NCBI GenBank assembly: GCA_034780895.1
Contig: JAUZTB010000075.1
Span: 13,405,324 to 13,469,323, forward strand
DNA: 64,000 nt
Source of the DNA: Rhynchobatus australiae
Taxonomy: Eukaryota
Direction: 5' to 3'
Each line of letters opens with the position of its first letter. The stretch's first letter is position 1. A model generated the notes under the pieces. The model was not told where the DNA came from. It did no database searches and worked only from the letters and a program-made list of their open reading frames with translations. A program made the translations under genes and the position numbers. Shown here one piece after another: positions 1 through 11,173 of the stretch.

Positions 1-442
1 TGACAGACACCCGTTCTGCTTTCACTTACACTTTACCATCTTATGTTCATAAAACATTACTGTAGTACTTGTTAACATCAGTATAGGAAAATAGGCCTCA
101 CTGGGGTTAATGAAGAGAATTTCAACAATTCCCCAAGAATTCAACAATTCCAGGTAATTCACTTTGTTTCTGTGTTTTCGAACTGGCCAGTTTTGCTGCA
201 AGCCATCTGTCTGTGATATTAACTTGATTTACTCCCTCCACTACCCTAGCCAGGTCTACTGAGCATTTCCTACACTCTGCATTTCACAGCTTTTACATGT
301 TCCTCTGTGAGTGGGTATTTTTCCCCTTTCTCTAACTGCCCTCAATTAACTCATCAACCAGAGGGCTTCATCAACAGCTTGTCACCACTGCAGCGCAGGC
401 TTCACCAATCAGAGATACTCCCTTTCTTTAAAGATTAAAGGG

Positions 443-770
443 TCATCCAGCATGGAATCAGGCCTTTCAGCCAACCGTGTCCGCAATAACCATCAAGCGC
501 TCTTCACACTCATCCTACACTAACCCCAATTTTTTCCTCTCACGTGCCCATCAACTCATCCCAATTCTCCTACCACCCGCGTACATTAAGGGCAATTTAC
601 AGTGGATAATCAACCGACCAACCAGCACGATTTAGGCATGTGGTAGGAAACTGGAGCACCCGGGGAAACTCACGTGGCCACAGGGAGAATGTGCAAACTC
701 CACATAGATAAGGTCAGGATTGAACCCAGGCCTCTGAAGCTGTGAGGCAATCACCATTCATCACTGTGCC
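443..770 (-). mobile_element. tRNA-derived V-SINE (HE1-like), decayed
   Basis: Reverse complement of V-core (GGAAACTGGAGCACCCGGGGAAACTCAC), B-box-like GATTGAACCC and CR1-type tail. Confidence 0.7.
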
Positions 771-869
771 AGCCCACCTTCCTTGCAACTTAGAAACAAA
801 CTTGTTCTTTCTCTTCTTCCCAGTTCTGGAGGCTCGTCAACCTATAATATTAAATCATTTTCTCTTTTC

Positions 870-1553
870 NNNNNNNNNNNNNNNNNNNNNNNNNNNNNNN
901 NNNNNNNNNNNNNNNNNNNNNNNNNNNNNNNNNNNNNNNNNNNNNNNNNNNNNNNNNNNNNNNNNNNNNNNNNNNNNNNNNNNNNNNNNNNNNNNNNNNN
1001 NNNNNNNNNNNNNNNNNNNNNNNNNNNNNNNNNNNNNNNNNNNNNNNNNNNNNNNNNNNNNNNNNNNNNNNNNNNNNNNNNNNNNNNNNNNNNNNNNNNN
1101 NNNNNNNNNNNNNNNNNNNNNNNNNNNNNNNNNNNNNNNNNNNNNNNNNNNNNNNNNNNNNNNNNNNNNNNNNNNNNNNNNNNNNNNNNNNNNNNNNNNN
1201 NNNNNNNNNNNNNNNNNNNNNNNNNNNNNNNNNNNNNNNNNNNNNNNNNNNNNNNNNNNNNNNNNNNNNNNNNNNNNNNNNNNNNNNNNNNNNNNNNNNN
1301 NNNNNNNNNNNNNNNNNNNNNNNNNNNNNNNNNNNNNNNNNNNNNNNNNNNNNNNNNNNNNNNNNNNNNNNNNNNNNNNNNNNNNNNNNNNNNNNNNNNN
1401 NNNNNNNNNNNNNNNNNNNNNNNNNNNNNNNNNNNNNNNNNNNNNNNNNNNNNNNNNNNNNNNNNNNNNNNNNNNNNNNNNNNNNNNNNNNNNNNNNNNN
1501 NNNNNNNNNNNNNNNNNNNNNNNNNNNNNNNNNNNNNNNNNNNNNNNNNNNNN
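870..1553. other. Assembly gap (N run)
   Basis: 684 N; the X-filled ORFs spanning it are artefacts. Confidence 0.99.
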
Positions 1554-2466
1554 GTCAGTGGTGCAGTAATTAAAATTTGGGAAGAGTGGGAGGTCACAAT
1601 GGCAGGAGCAGAGATATTTTGAGTGTGATACGGCTGGAGGAAGATGACCAGGGAGGGAAAAAAAAACCTTAGAGTTTGAAAACCAAGATGAGAATTTTAA
1701 AATCGAAAGAGTGACTTAATGGGCAGCCAGCCGAAAGTGCTTTGGAATTTTTAAGTGACAAAAGCAGATAGGATGGTTTTAACAGTCGATGAACCGCTGT
1801 GGCGTTGGTGGTGTGGGTGATTGTAAGGGCGTGGAAAGGGCCTTAAGTGGTGACATAGATATGTGATCAGAAGCTCGCTTCAGGGTCAGATATAACATCA
1901 TTTGCAAACAGTCTATTTTAGCCTCAGACAGTTGATAGGATGGAATTGGTGGCGAGGGAGAGTAAGTTATCACAGGATCAAAGACAGTACCTTTGAGCTT
2001 CCCAAAAATTAGTTTGACGAGATTTCACCTTAACACATTTTTGGATATGGGACAGTTTGAAGGCAGTGAATGAATCAAGGGAGAAATGGGTGTCATCAAC
2101 ATGTTTGTTGAAACTCAAACTGATTCCAAATGATGTCTTGGAGCAACAGCAAATAGATAAGAAGTAGGGAGGTAAAAGAGAAATGTGAGGGGTATGCTAA
2201 ATGAACGGTACTGAATTTACTTAGCCCTGTTCCATTATAGAGAGCTGTCCTCATCTCGGTTAGGAAATATTTAAGCAAATATTAAAACACTTGGAAATAG
2301 TTTATGACAATCCATTGTTTTACAACCAGCCATTTGCTGATGGAATTTATCCTTTCCACAGTCAATCCATAACATGAAATTCTGCAGAATTATTGCTCCA
2401 ATAACTTCATGTACAATGTCTCTCCACCTTGATAAGCTGGTGACAGAAAAGTAAAAGTGAAAGATT

Positions 2467-2472
2467 TTTATT
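2467..2472 (-). promoter_or_regulatory. Candidate polyadenylation signal AATAAA
   Basis: TTTATT on the + strand, about 68 nt downstream of the stop codon; no transcript evidence. Confidence 0.4.
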
Positions 2473-2539
2473 TCCTTGTTTACAACCAATCAGCTCAGCC
2501 CCATTGAAGGAGTTCCTAAGTCCAAGGACTACTGGAGGT

Positions 2540-2741
2540 TTAAGCTGAGGCTTCATTCTTTGCCTGCAAGGAGTCCTTCAGTTCCTTCTCCAGGACAAGG
2601 TTCCGTTTCTCAGCATCCTCTAGTGCACGCGTGGTGTCACGCAGCTTGATTTCCATTGCTTCATACTGCTTCTTATCTTCCTCCATCTGTTTATTGAGTC
2701 GCACCACTTTGGCCCAGACTTCATAATTCTCCGTTAAAACA
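2540..2741 (-). CDS. ARHGAP25: ARHGAP25 terminal exon 11, coiled coil (SVLTENYEVWAKVVRLNKQMEE...AKNEASA*)
   Basis: Acceptor TTTGTTTGTAG|T, phase 2; TAA at 2540-2542. Confidence 0.94.
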
Positions 2742-2849
2742 CTACAAACAAAAAAGTATATCAAATTTGAAAAAGCCATTAAAATGTGAACCGTATCAGT
2801 TAGAGCATATCAGCTAAATATGAGAGGTCTTATAGTAGATATGCAGGTC

Positions 2850-5020
2850 ACCACTATTGTAGACCCATAATATACCATTAAACATAATTAACCTAGAAAT
2901 GAACTGTACCAGTTAATAGGATTGAAATTAGATACAGTCTATCATCCAATAGGTTTAATAATGGACAGTGTGGCTTCTAACAGGATTGATAAGAGATGCA
3001 CAGTGCATCATTTAATAGGATTGATAATAGATGCGCGGTCTACCAACCAACAAGACTGATAGCAGATACACAGTGCATCATCTAACTGGAACTGATGGTG
3101 GAGACCTTCTAACAGATCTGAAGGCATATACACAGTATACCATGCAACAGAATTAACAGTAGAAATGCAGTTACCCATCTAACAAGTGATAATTGACACA
3201 GTATATCATATAACAGAGTAGATATGCAATGCAATATCTGACAGGATTGATGGGACATGCAGTGCACCATCTAACAGGATTGAAGGAAGGCACCCAATGC
3301 ACCATCTAACATGATTGATGTTATATACATAGTGTACTAGCCAACAAAATTGAAAGTAGACAATACTGTGAAGCAGCACTGACCATAGACACATGGTATG
3401 CCATTTATGTGGTCATTGTGGATATGCACAACTATAAAGACTGGGACCTGACATAATGCACCATTTAACAGGATTCATTGTAGACATTCACTGCACCATC
3501 CAACAGATTTGAAAGTAGACACAATGTACCATCAAACAGCACTGATCACATGGTATGCCTTTTAACCATGATCACAATGGCACACAGCCTCGCATAGCAA
3601 GACTGAGAGTAGACACAAAATGCACTATTTAACAGGATTCATTGTAGACACACAGGGCACCATCAAACAGACAGATGATATGTACACAATATACCATCTA
3701 AAAGTATGTCATCTAAGTGTTTGTGGTGATCCTACAGTTCACCATTTTACAAATATAGTAATAGAAGTGTAATGTAGCATCTAAAAGTATAGATAATAGA
3801 TGGACAGTGCACCATCCAACAGAACACATGGTATACACATATTGTACCATCTGACAGAGCTGATAGTATACAGAGTGTGTACCATCTCTTCTCATGTACT
3901 GTTTCACTTTTCAAGTCAGATGTAACAGGACTGATAGTAGATGCATAATGTGCTCTTTAACTGGTTCGTTTGACAGGTTTGTTTATGGATAAATAGTATG
4001 CCAGCTATCAAGAGTGATAGAAGACGCACAGTGCACTAACAAACAGATCTAATGGTAGACACAAAGAGCACTATATACCAAGATTGATATACAGTGTGCC
4101 ACTACATAGCACTGACAGCAGACACACAGTGCATCATTGAACAAAATGGATGACAAACACATGGTATGCTTTCATCAGAACTACCTAATAAGATTGACAG
4201 ACACACAGAGTTCCATTACACAGATTCAATGCAGACTGGGTGCTCTATTTAACAGGATAGATAGCAAATACACAGAGCATCTTCCAACAGGACTGATGGT
4301 AAATACAACGCACCATCTAGTAAGATTGATGGTAGACAAACAATTAATCATCTAATAAGTTTAATGGAGGAAACATATCGCATGATCTGGTCCTTTGCTT
4401 GCTATGGAATGGTATGCAGACACATAGTACACCATCCAGCAGGATTGATGATAGGGTGTGCAGTTACAGTATCTAACAGGATTGAAGGCAGACAACTGTG
4501 TAGCAACTTTCTGTATTAATAGTGGACACATTGTGTAAAATGTTTGATTGTAGACACAAGTACAGTGACTAAAAGATTAATGATAGACACACATTGCACC
4601 ATCTATCAGGACAAATAGAATTCATGATTAATAGTGGATGCTCAGTGGATTATCTGACAGAACTCAAGGTAGGCGTAAAGTGTATTATCTAACAACATTA
4701 ATAACTGACGTACACTGCACACTTGTACAGGGTTGATCGTAGCTCCACAGTGAACCAGTTACAGGATTGATGGTATGTACACAATGCAACTTCTGAATGG
4801 ACAGTGCACCATCTAAAGAAATTGATAGAAGCACAGTGCACAGAAGCACATGATTGTAGAGACACTCAGTGCACTGTCCAGCAAAATTTTCAGTAGACTC
4901 ACAATGTACCATTGAACATGACTGATGAAGAACTCGGTGTACCAACCTACATGATAGAAGATAGATGCAAGGTGCACCATCTAAACAGATGTTATGAATG
5001 CGCAGTTTTCCATTTAACAC
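2850..5020. repeat. Degenerate minisatellite, about 35-bp unit (approx. ACACAGTGCACCATCTAACAGGATTGATAGTAGAT), roughly 60 copies
   Basis: Recurring GTGCACCATCTAACAGGATTGAT and GTAGACAC motifs at about 35-bp spacing, e.g. 2998, 3033, 3068. Confidence 0.85.
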
Positions 5021-5989
5021 CAAACTTCAGTAAAGTTCTCATTCATTGTTACCAGTCCTGTGCAGATCCCCAACTTTAATAGTTCAACAATGGACAGCTG
5101 TGCCTTTAGTTGCTAACCCCATGGCTTTTAAACTTATTTTCTTTTCTGACTTAAACCTTTTTTGACCATACTTTGGTTGTCTAACCTGTTGTTGGCTTAT
5201 GTAGCACATTGATAGTTTGATAATTGCCTCTGGGAAATACTTTGGGTGTTTAATTAAGATGTGGGCATTATATTAATTCAGGTTGCATTTGTCCTGTTCT
5301 TAGATTTATAAGGTTCAGGGATACAGAAGGGGAATTTATGTTGGTAGTTCTTGTAGTTGCAACTGTTGCTGAAAGCCAGCTCTGGCAAATGGGTGACGGT
5401 TCCCTTTCGAACTGCTGTCTGCAACAGTGCATAATCTGGCTCTTTGCCTGCAAAAGGAGCTTCACATATACAGACTGTCCCCCACATTTTCTACATTACA
5501 ACAGTGAAAGCATTTACAAAGAACTTAGGTGGCTTTACATGTTAATGATGTATGAGACAATGGAAGGCACCGTACAAGTGCGAACCTTGCTTTTCACTTC
5601 AGTAAACTGAATGGTTCTGGACACTTGATATTTACTGATGTCACAGAAAGGATTCATTACTTAAAGTAATATTTTGGCTTGGCAATAGTTTTGTAGTTTT
5701 TAAAATCCAATTTTAATCTAATTCCACTTCCTTTCCCATAATTATGACAGTCTTTTACAGAAGGTTCTGCGGCAACTCATAACCATTAAAGAACATTATG
5801 GAGTGCAGTCAATAAGAAGCACATATAGTTCCAGTCTTGACTGGACTTTGACATTGTTATTCTATCTATGATCTAGGAATGTTTGCAAATCCCAATGGCC
5901 TGGAACCTTTATATACACTCAGCCTTTGGAAACTCACATTTTTTTTTACGTCTCCAACCTCTACTGATGCTACGATACCCAACTATCTT

Positions 5990-6520
5990 TAAAAAACATA
6001 AGTAAGAACAGGGAAGGCAATATGATGCCTTGAGCCTGCTCTGCCATTCTTTGATCCCGTGTCTTGTCCACTTTCCCTTCCAAACCACATGTCCTCCAGT
6101 TCCCTTGTCCAATTCCAAAGTACAAAATACTATCACGGCCTTGGATACACAGTAATTAAGCATCCACAAACCTTTAAAATAGAGCAATTCTGATACATAA
6201 AACAAAACTCTCCTCATCTCAGTTCCAAATGACCTGTGTGTTATCCTGAGACCATGTCCCTAGTTCTAGACTTAGAGCTAGAGCAATCAGCCTCTCAGCA
6301 CCTACTTTGTCAATCCCTCTTAGAATTTTGGATGGCCTCTCATTCTTCTGCACTCAATAACTTACTTATTCTTTCCTCATGGGACAATCCCTATATTACA
6401 GCAACCAATCAAAGGATTCTACAAGCCAAGTATATCCTTTCATAGATAAGGAGACCAAAATTGTACACAGTGCTCCAAATGGAAACTCACAAAAGCTGTG
6501 CAGTCTCAACAAGAGAAAGA
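5990..6520 (-). mobile_element. Old CR1 LINE 3' fragment
   Basis: GGAGACCAAAATTGTACACAGTGCTCCAAATG is the reverse complement of the HLEHCVQFWSP motif; CR1-like 3'UTR. Confidence 0.65.
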
Positions 6521-6539
6521 TTTGAATTTCTGAAACCCC

Positions 6540-6880
6540 TTTCAGTATGTCTCATAATGTCCTACAACCTTTGAGGCATTTGAATTGCAGTTGCTGTCGC
6601 AAACTAGGAATTGTGACGGGCAAATTGCAAACAGCAGGCTCCAACATAAAGCGCACTAATCATCAGATCTATTTGAAGAACCGTTGATAGAAGGATAAAT
6701 ATTGGCCTGAATGTTAGAGATAACTATGTTGCTCTTCTTCCAAGTAGTGTTGTAGGATCTTTGATATTTCACCTATAGTATTAAGTATATATCGCCCTCA
6801 GTAATGGAGTCTCTGAAAAGGGACTTGAAATGGGAATCTTGATTCAGAGAGGAGTGTACTGCCCACCAAACCAAATCAAC
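6540..6880 (-). mobile_element. Deu-domain SINE (SacSINE1-like), decayed
   Basis: Reverse complement of Deu core (GGATAAATATTGGCC...GCTCTTCTTC...GGATCTTT) with remnant tRNA head. Confidence 0.6.
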
Positions 6881-6915
6881 CTTGGAAGACTCAGCTGGTT
6901 TTTACAGATGCTTAC

Positions 6916-7490
6916 CTTTCAATTCTCTCCTCGTAGTTCTGTTTCTGGTTGTTTAGCTCCTCTCTTAACTCAATAAGCACCCTCCGAATCTGTTCCATGT
7001 TCATTTCTCCCACATCGAGCTCCACTTTTTCGTCTTTGCTTTCTACCTTTGGTTGATCCTTTTGGGTGTTTGTTGAGAGGTTTTGGCTTACCTTGAGGCA
7101 AGAATTCCCAGAACTCCCCAGTTCCACATTGAATAATGCACTATGTTCGGGAGACCACTCAGAGCCCACAGAGTCCCTTTCCTGAGAATCACCAGAACAG
7201 GTTATGATATTATCATAAGTAGAGACCTGATGATAGGCAGTAGGAGTCTTCATAACGTCCTGGGAATAACTCCTTTTGTGTCTCTCAGTGATGCTTTCTT
7301 GGAAGGACTTGCGTTTGTCTGAGTAGCTGGCACTAGAACTACCTGTATTAACACTGTGGAACATCTCTCCTACTGAATTCAAGGTGCAGCTACTGGCTGG
7401 AAGTGTCTGTGTCCTTTTCCTGGGGCATTCATTCCAGCTTTCGAATTCACTCTCCAGTGTGTTGTCACCAATCCCGTCAATTTGGCTGGG
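6916..7490 (-). CDS. ARHGAP25: ARHGAP25 exon 10, Ser-rich linker and coiled-coil start (PSQIDG...RKRTQTLP...HKRSYSQD...STYDN...ELREELNNQKQNYEERIE)
   Basis: Acceptor TGTCTCTAG|CCC, donor AAAG|GTAAGC; 575 nt, phase 0 to 2. Confidence 0.92.
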
Positions 7491-7564
7491 CTAGAGACAT
7501 AAAGAAATTACTGTAAATACTCTTAATATTTCCCTCAGAAATAAACTTTTGTATTTATATTGTT

Positions 7565-8230
7565 GTTTCATGTCCATTTCAGAATATCCCAAAATGCTTA
7601 AAGCTAATGAAGTGTATTTTGGTCTCTGTTATGATGCAGCAAATGGGGTATACAGAAAGCTCCCTCATAGCGTAGTGGAGGGTGGCAAGGTAGCGTAGTG
7701 GTTAACACAACACTACTACAGCACCAGCGACCTGGGTTCAATTCCCGCCGCTGCCTGTAAGGACTTTGTACGTTCTCCCAGTGTCTGCGTGGGTTTCCTC
7801 CGGGTGCTCTGGTTTCCTCCCACATTCCAAAGACGTATGGGTAGGTTAATTTGGGGATTTAAAATGGGCGGCGTGGACTCGTTGGGCCAGAAGGGCCTGT
7901 TACCACGCTGTAAGTAAATAAAAATAAATTATAAAAAAAAGCCCTTGAAATTTATTTTTGCACTGTTGTTGATGGGTAATCTTGGCCTGTACTCCAGGGA
8001 TAATTCCCCTTTTCTTCTCTAATGTAACTGCAGGGATCTTTATGTCTACCATGTGGGGGCAGATGTGGCTTTGAATTATCAGCTTGGGTGAAAGATCTCT
8101 CCCTAAGATTACAACAATGTCTCAGTTCTGTCACTGGGATCACTGGCCTGGATTATGTCCCCAAGCTCCTGGAGCAGGACTCAAACCCATGACTTCTGAA
8201 TTGAAGGTGAGAGTGTTCCCACTGAGCCAT
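7565..8230 (-). mobile_element. Deu-domain SINE with tRNA head, interrupted by a V-SINE
   Basis: Minus-strand A-box TGGCTCAGTGG and B-box-like GGTTTGAGTCC at about 8175-8230; Deu core at 7960-8090; tail at 7565-7670. Confidence 0.7.
7672..7940 (+). mobile_element. V-SINE (HE1-like) with CR1-type 3' tail
   Basis: A-box TAGCGTAGTGG, B-box GGTTCAATTCC, V-core GTGGGTTTCCTCCGGGTGCTCTGGTTTCCTCCCACATTCCAAAGAC, tail GGGCCAGAAGGGCCTGTT followed by an A-rich end. Confidence 0.85.
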
Positions 8231-8920
8231 AAATGACACCCCCTAATATAAAATCCAGTTATCGCCTTGATAGGCTTCACAAGATGCACTGACTGAATTC
8301 ACAAATATATTGGGAGCTATGGTATTGGAAAGCACTGCTGACATGTGAGTGGAAAGATTACAACCAATCATCGAGTTGGTCTGACCCAGCCTACCTTCTG
8401 GCATTCACTCATTTTTTTCTTTCCGTCAATTTTCTAGACCACGCTGACCGTAAATGGCTCACATTCAATGCTGAGTACAGTTAAATTAGTTTCCCTAACC
8501 AGGGACAGGTTATATTGCTTTAGGGCCGACAACAGGGAGCTATCAACCAATGTTCTTTGCTGCTAATTGGAGTTGGGGTGAAGTTCAGCTGGTAGTGGAA
8601 AAATTGATGACCACACCACATTCTCCCTGCAAGAGCCCAGGCAGAGAATGTTGGTGGGCTACTCAAGTCAAGAAGATTATGTAGCACCTATTCTCAGTCA
8701 ACGTTCACCTGTGCAAACCAAACACACAGCCACTGATGGTGACTTGGGGGCTTGCCCTCCCCGATCACTGTACTCATCTCTTGCCCTTCAACCCTCTAGA
8801 AGTACTGCTTGCTTTGCCCAACAAACGGGGGCCTTGCCTTCAGCAATCTAAGCATTAGGTTTTGGAATTCTCTTCTAAATTCTCAGCCTTGCCACCTCTC
8901 TGCAAGATGTTTCTTAAAAT

Positions 8921-9203
8921 CTATGTAGTGTAGCAGTTAGCGTAATGCTTTACAGTGCCAGCCGCTGTCTGTAAGGAGTTTGTACGTTCTCCCCGTGTCT
9001 GCGTGGGTTTCCTCTGGGTGCTCCGGTCTCCTCCCACATACCAAAGACGTACAGGTTTGGAAGTTGTGGGTGTGCTATGTTGGTGCCGGAAGCGTGGCGA
9101 CACTTGCAGGCTGCCCCCAGAACACCCTACGCAAAAGATGCATTTCACTGTGTGTTTCGACGTACATGTGATGAATAATGATATCTTATCCTATCTTATC
9201 TTT
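8921..9203 (+). mobile_element. V-SINE with a different (Rex1/Babar-like) 3' tail
   Basis: Same head and V-core as 7672-7940 (B-box segment deleted); tail TTTCACTGTGTGTTTCGACGTACATGTGATGAATAA followed by (TATCT)n-like repeats. Confidence 0.8.
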
Positions 9204-9271
9204 TGACCAAGTCTCCGGTAAATGTCAAATTTTGGCTGAGTTTCCTCCTATGGAGTACATTGGAACATTTT

Positions 9272-9520
9272 AGAGTCATAGAATGATGCAGCATGGAAAC
9301 AGGCCCTTTGGCCCAACTCATCCATGCTGACCATGGTGCTCACCAAGCTAGTGCCATTTGCCCACATTTGGCCCATATCACTCTGAACCCTTCCCATCCA
9401 TGTACTTATCCCAATGTCTTTTAAATGTGATTATGATGCCTGCCTCAACCATTTTCTATGGCAGTTTATTCCATACACACACCACCCTCTGCGTGAAGAA
9501 GTTGCCCCTCAGGTCCCTTT
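9272..9520 (-). mobile_element. CR1 LINE 3' end fragment
   Basis: AGAGTCATAG...CAGCATGGAAACAGGCCCTTTGGCCCA is the reverse complement of the CR1 tail. Confidence 0.75.
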
Positions 9521-9655
9521 TGTTAGATTAAAATCGCCAACTAAATGCTAGTTGTTGACAAAGAATTTGGTGTGACAATGTTGAGCTTCCAATGATGATT
9601 CAGAATGATTATTATGCGTTGGTTATTGATTCAGATCGTTCTTAGACTGTTGTAC

Positions 9656-9840
9656 CCCGTAAGCACTGGTTGCTGATTCTGCTTGAAACTCTGATGCACC
9701 CCAGCCGACCATGCTTCGCTGAATGGAAGCTTTCTTGCTGTCTGACTTCAAAGGGGAAGGTGGTTTATCCTTATGTTTTGGGAACAATTCATCATGGTTG
9801 CTGATCATCACCGTCATTAGTTTCTGAATCTGCGGTGCTC
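9656..9840 (-). CDS. ARHGAP25: ARHGAP25 exon 9 (GAPQIQKLMTVMISNHDELFPK...RSMVGWGASEFQAESATSAYG)
   Basis: Acceptor TTTGAGACAG|GA. Donor GGG|GTACAA is the only phase-0 GT after the conserved VGW motif and before the in-frame TAA at 9623. The 3' boundary is less certain. Confidence 0.82.
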
Positions 9841-10082
9841 CTGTCTCAAAAAAAGTAGAAGATTGAGTCATTTCTCTGCTGAGTTTTATACTTCGAAAAC
9901 TTATGCTTTTCATTAGGCAAAACTAAGAACCAAAGTAACAAAATATTTATGACGATCAGAAGCCAAATAAAAACTTCAGACTAAATGAGATGCAGGATTA
10001 AGCCAATCTACCAGTGGTGAACACATGATGACAAAAAGCACAAGGCTACAGACATATTTTAGAAAAATCACTATATAATTGT

Positions 10083-11173
10083 TCAACTTCACCCTGTTCC
10101 ATAACCATTAATACCTTTGCCCAACAAAATCTATCCATCCCAAATTTCAAATTCACTTCTGACTCCCGGATTTCCATTACTCTGTGCCTGAATTAGTGGT
10201 TCCTGGCATCACCGCTAGATGGCTGGCCCAAATTTAGTGCCTCTTGCTTTGGAGAGCCCTACCAGAAAAATAGCTTCTCACCATCTTAAGACACCTCAAT
10301 TAATTTCTCTTTAATTGTCTAGCTCAAGGGAATCTGTTTTTGCAATGTGAGCCTCCCTGATAAAACTCCTATCTCTAAATGGACTGCAGGTAATTTCTCC
10401 TCAGTTGCTCCTCTACATACTGAACTATTAGATGATAGTAACTTAGTAATGTGTTCAGTTGATTTAATAGCAGTGCTAAACAATTGAATAAAATTGTTTT
10501 TTTTTCATGTGCCTTGACTGTCTAATAGACAGGTACTCTTTATAAATTAACATCATTTTCAGCTATTGAAACTAACCTTGTGATTCATATCATTCAAACC
10601 CTAAAAAAATAGGGGACACTGTTCAAAGTGGCAACTTCTTCCTTCAGTCTGCTCCTGCACTACACAATAATATGGCAACTTATTGACTCATTGATAATGG
10701 CAGCATTCACCATGAAAATGAGAGAGAATTTTTGCCTCATTTCTCTCTTCCCCAGCTATGCCAGGGATTTTCTCGTGAAAATTACACCTCTTTTCACGGG
10801 CTTCAGAGGTCCCCGAGTAAAATCCAGAGAGAGTGCACAGTGAGACCTGAGTGTGCCAGGAGTAGGTTATTTTGTCCCTTGAACCCTTTCGGTCATTCAG
10901 TTAGTTCACAGATGGACTTAACTCAACTTCGCCTTGTTCCATAACCATTAATACCTTTGCCCAACAAAATCTATCCATCCCAGATTTCAAATTCACTTCT
11001 GACTCCCAGATTTCCATTACTCTGTGCCTGAATTAGTGGTTCCTGGCATCACCACTAGATGGCTGGCCCAAATTTATTCCCCCTTGCTTTGGAGAGCCCT
11101 ACCAGAAAAATAGCTTCTCACCATCTTACAGCACCTTAATTAGCTTCTCTTTAATCAACTAACTCAAGGGAAT
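10083..11173. repeat. Direct duplication of about 250 bp (10083-10333 and 10923-11173) of a decayed CR1-like fragment
   Basis: Near-identical segments offset by exactly 840 bp. Confidence 0.9.

Noticed and set aside
742-1622. Long ORFs of 250-279 aa, and similar ones at 20490-20835 and 24406-24894
   Set aside because: They consist almost entirely of X from N-gaps
2850-5020. CRISPR-like array of about 35-bp repeats
   Set aside because: Units are directly adjacent with no unique spacers, are highly degenerate, have no cas genes nearby, and lie in a vertebrate intron
7676-7750. tRNA genes suggested by A/B boxes (also about 8175-8230 and 46140-46195)
   Set aside because: These are SINE heads continuing into V or Deu cores; no intact cloverleaf
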